From: Myxococcota bacterium
Lineage (GTDB): Bacteria; Myxococcota_A; UBA9160; SZUA-336
Direction of reading: 5' to 3'
Assembly (NCBI GenBank): GCA_046757685.1
Contig: JBHHYV010000003.1
Span: 2,847-66,846, forward strand
DNA length: 64,000 bases
Of this stretch, positions 61,754 through 64,000 are shown one piece after another. The translations under genes were made by a program, and so were the position numbers. Numbering within the stretch: position 1 is the first letter of the stretch; each line of letters starts with the position of its first letter. Below the pieces are notes generated by a model, which ran no database searches, was not told the DNA's origin, and was given only the letters and a program-made list of their open reading frames with translations.

Positions 61754-62916
61754 CAGTCGCCCTCGGCGGCCTCCGCGAGGAACGCCTCGATGTCGAACTT
61801 GCTGGCCTTCTCGATGAAGCCGTCGCCCTCTCGCTCGACGATCTCGAGGAAGGCGTCGGCGGGGGTGGGGTCGAACTGGCGTCCCGTGAACTTGCGCACC
61901 TCGTCGATCACCCGGCTCATCGGGAGCGCGCGCCGATAGGGGCGGTCCGAGGTCATCGCCTCGACCGTGTCGGCGACCAGGATCACCCGGCTCGCGAAGG
62001 GAATCCGGTCGCCGGAGAGGCGATCCGGATAGCCGCGGTCGGAGCCGTCGAACCACTCGTGATGGTGGCGCACACAGGGTGCAATGTCCGCGAGGAAGCT
62101 CACCGGCTCGATGATGCGCGCCCCGATCTCGGGGTGGCGCTTCATCTGCGCGTACTCCTCCGGTGTCAGCCGACCCGGCTTGCGGATGATGGCATCGGGG
62201 ACCCCGATCTTGCCCACATCGTGGAGCAGCCCGGCGAGGTAGATGCGCTCGATGAACGTGACCTCGCAGCGAAGCTGGCGGGCGATCCGCGAGGCGTAGA
62301 CGCCGACCCGCTCCGAGTGGCCGCGCGTGTAGGGGTCCTTGGCGTCGATCGCCTCGGCGAGCGCACGTACCGTCGAGACGTAGGCCAGGCGCAGCTCACT
62401 GTGCTTGTCCTGGACCTCCTTGGTGCGCGCATCCACACGCATCTCGAGCTCGCGGTTCATCTGCTGCAGCTCGCGGTTCTGCTCACGCGTCAGGGAGTCG
62501 AGGCGCTGGATCTCCCGCTGCATGCGGCAGGCGTCGATCGCCCCGCGAACCGTCGCGCGCAGCTCGTCGTCGTTCCAGGGCTTGGTGATCAGGCGATAGA
62601 TCTCCCCGTGGTTGATCGCCTCGATCGCGACCTCCATGTCGGTGTACCCGGTCAGGAGCATGCGCACGACCTCGGGCCAGCGTTCCCGGACCTCCGAGAG
62701 CAGCTCGACACCCGTCCGATGGGCCATGCGATGGTCACTGATCACTACCTCGACCGGGACCCGCGAGAGGATCGCGAGGGCCTGGTCGGCCGATGCGGCC
62801 TGGTAGACCTGTACGGGCTCGTTCCGGAAGAGCCGGATCAGAGCCCGTCGGATGTTGACCTCGTCGTCGACGAAGAGGACGGCGGGGAGCTCGGTCGGCT
62901 CTGGGGGGGATGTCAT
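61753..62916 (-). CDS. Response regulator with HD-GYP domain (putative c-di-GMP phosphodiesterase, RpfG-like)
   Basis: REC: AVLFVDDEVNIRRAL...VVISDHRM...KPW. HD-GYP: GLLHDVGKIGVPD...HHEWFDGSDRGYPD. Start Met139 of the listed ORF. A coiled-coil linker (REIQRLDSLTREQNRELQQMNRELE) joins the two domains. Confidence 0.85.
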   Translation of the reverse strand: MTSPPEPTELPAVLFVDDEVNIRRALIRLFRNEPVQVYQAASADQALAILSRVPVEVVISDHRMAHRTGVELLSEVRERWPEVVRMLLTGYTDMEVAIEAINHGEIYRLITKPWNDDELRATVRGAIDACRMQREIQRLDSLTREQNRELQQMNRELEMRVDARTKEVQDKHSELRLAYVSTVRALAEAIDAKDPYTRGHSERVGVYASRIARQLRCEVTFIERIYLAGLLHDVGKIGVPDAIIRKPGRLTPEEYAQMKRHPEIGARIIEPVSFLADIAPCVRHHHEWFDGSDRGYPDRLSGDRIPFASRVILVADTVEAMTSDRPYRRALPMSRVIDEVRKFTGRQFDPTPADAFLEIVEREGDGFIEKASKFDIEAFLAEAAEGD

Positions 62917-63245
62917 GCCCCGGGACTGTTCAAGTCGCGTGCCGCGGCGCACCGCGGGTCGAGGGTGGCCCAGCTTCTCGCGCGTTCCCCGGTCGATCGA
63001 GACTCGACTGCCGGCCGGCTGCACCCTCCCGCTCGCTTCCCGAGAGCGGGACCGGGCTGCCGGCCGTTGCCAGGGCCCTGCTGGCTCGGTTCCGGCGACG
63101 TGCGTCGCGGGAGAGCAGCAGAAGCCCACGCAGGCTCCCGAGATCGGAAGCGCAGCGGCTGCTCGGCTCCGAGGATCGTGGCACCGCCAATCCCGGGGCT
63201 GGGACGTCTCGATCGCGGGACGCCCGAGCGCGCGCGCAGCGACGG

Positions 63246-63962
63246 CTAGGAGGGCGGCGCGGCGACGGCGACGGCGATGTTGTCCCCGGCCCCGTCGCCC
63301 ATCGCCCGGAGCGCGATCCCGCGCGCGCACCTCGCTTCCGCGTCCTCCGCGGCCAGGCGTTCTGCGACGAGGCCCGCATCCGCCACGAAGTTCGTGACTC
63401 CGTCCGTCACCAGGGCGATCCGCTCACCGGAGCCGCGCTGGAAGCTCCCGAGGACGCGCTTGCGAATCGCGTCGTCCAGCTGCAGCTCGGGGCCGACCAC
63501 GCAACGATTCTCCTCGGTCACGGGGGCATCCCGCCCGGCCCGGTAGAGGGACGAGTCGCCCAGACAGGCCCAGTGGCAACGATCCTCCACGAGCGCGGCG
63601 ACCAGGAGACAGGTGCGCGACGGCCCCACGTCGACGAGCTCTCGAGCCAGCCCTGCGAGAACCTGCTCGAGGTGCTGGTGGAAGCGTTCGCCGTTGAGCG
63701 TGATCAGGTCGGGACCAGCGTTCGCCACTGCCTCGATGGCCCGCTCGGACGCCGAGACGCCGTTGTACCCGTCGGCGACCGCGAAGAGGCTTCCCCGCTC
63801 GGACACCACGACCAGGGCGGCGTCCTCGTTGGGATCGGTATGGCGATAGGGCTTGGGCTCGCGCCCTCGCGTCAGCGCGAGGGCGCCCACCTCGGGGAGG
63901 GCGACGACCCCGAGGGGGCCGAGCTTGGGGAAGTCACGTCCATAGAGGGCGAGGGCGCGCAT
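63246..63962 (-). CDS. PP2C-family serine/threonine phosphatase; the N-terminus may extend to the window edge
   Basis: YRHTDPNEDAALVV, LFAVADGYNGV and VTDGV motifs of PPM/PP2C phosphatases; 238 aa. Confidence 0.75.
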   Translation of the reverse strand: MRALALYGRDFPKLGPLGVVALPEVGALALTRGREPKPYRHTDPNEDAALVVVSERGSLFAVADGYNGVSASERAIEAVANAGPDLITLNGERFHQHLEQVLAGLARELVDVGPSRTCLLVAALVEDRCHWACLGDSSLYRAGRDAPVTEENRCVVGPELQLDDAIRKRVLGSFQRGSGERIALVTDGVTNFVADAGLVAERLAAEDAEARCARGIALRAMGDGAGDNIAVAVAAPPS

Positions 63963-64000
63963 CAGTCGCGCGCCCGCGTCCGCCAGCCGAGGGCGTGCGC

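Noticed and set aside
62917-63245. 330-nt spacer between the PP2C phosphatase and HD-GYP genes containing a 149-aa minus-strand ORF (62930..63379)
   Set aside because: The ORF is Arg/Pro/Ser low-complexity and overlaps the PP2C 3' end out of frame; it is more likely a non-coding regulatory spacer. It is kept as part of the signalling-cluster finding rather than as a gene.

Overview
This 64 kb window is high-GC (about 70%) chromosomal DNA and is almost entirely coding. Gene content and order suggest a deltaproteobacterial / Myxococcota-like organism: secA-argJ, the rpsB-tsf-pyrH-frr-uppS-dxr-rseP block, ilvBNC-psd-pssA-leuAB, cdnL-ispD-ispF-cysS-uvrBC and a bactofilin gene. About 85% of the window is well-conserved housekeeping operons on the + strand.

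The housekeeping operons are: secA (5' partial), argJ and a histidine phosphatase; the rpsB-tsf-pyrH-frr-uppS-dxr-rseP translation/envelope cluster, which lacks cdsA; tsaB; ilvBNC-psd-pssA-leuA-leuB-usg-truA; rplM-rpsI; kdsB, a small lipoprotein and pyrG; tRNA-Val(CAC) and tRNA-Arg(CCG); lptC-lptA-lptB-rpoN followed by a PTS-Ntr module (ptsN, short hprK, EIIA-Man, HPr, EI); metK-ahcY; a SpoIID/LytB-like gene with yajC-secD-secF; cdnL-ispD-ispF-cysS-uvrB-uvrC; comEC; gmhB and prmA.

The accessory-looking parts are:
- On the minus strand at the 3' end, a signalling cluster: PP2C phosphatase, REC-HD-GYP response regulator, and a V4R-STAS fusion protein. I interpret this as a possible small-molecule-sensing, partner-switching-like module acting on c-di-GMP hydrolysis.
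- Convergent with that cluster, a P-loop nucleotide-kinase + dCMP-deaminase fusion whose architecture matches the published antiphage defensive dCTP deaminases.
- An orphan periplasmic-binding-protein + histidine-kinase pair, an orphan TolC-like outer membrane protein next to a bactofilin, a retropepsin-like secreted protease, a DUF1329 protein, and a USG-1-type Asd paralogue lacking the catalytic Cys/His.

I did not see a CRISPR array, IS element or prophage. Many long antisense ORFs in the six-frame track are GC-bias artefacts and were rejected. All coordinates come from the ORF track plus reading of the sequence; start codons carry a few-codon uncertainty where noted.
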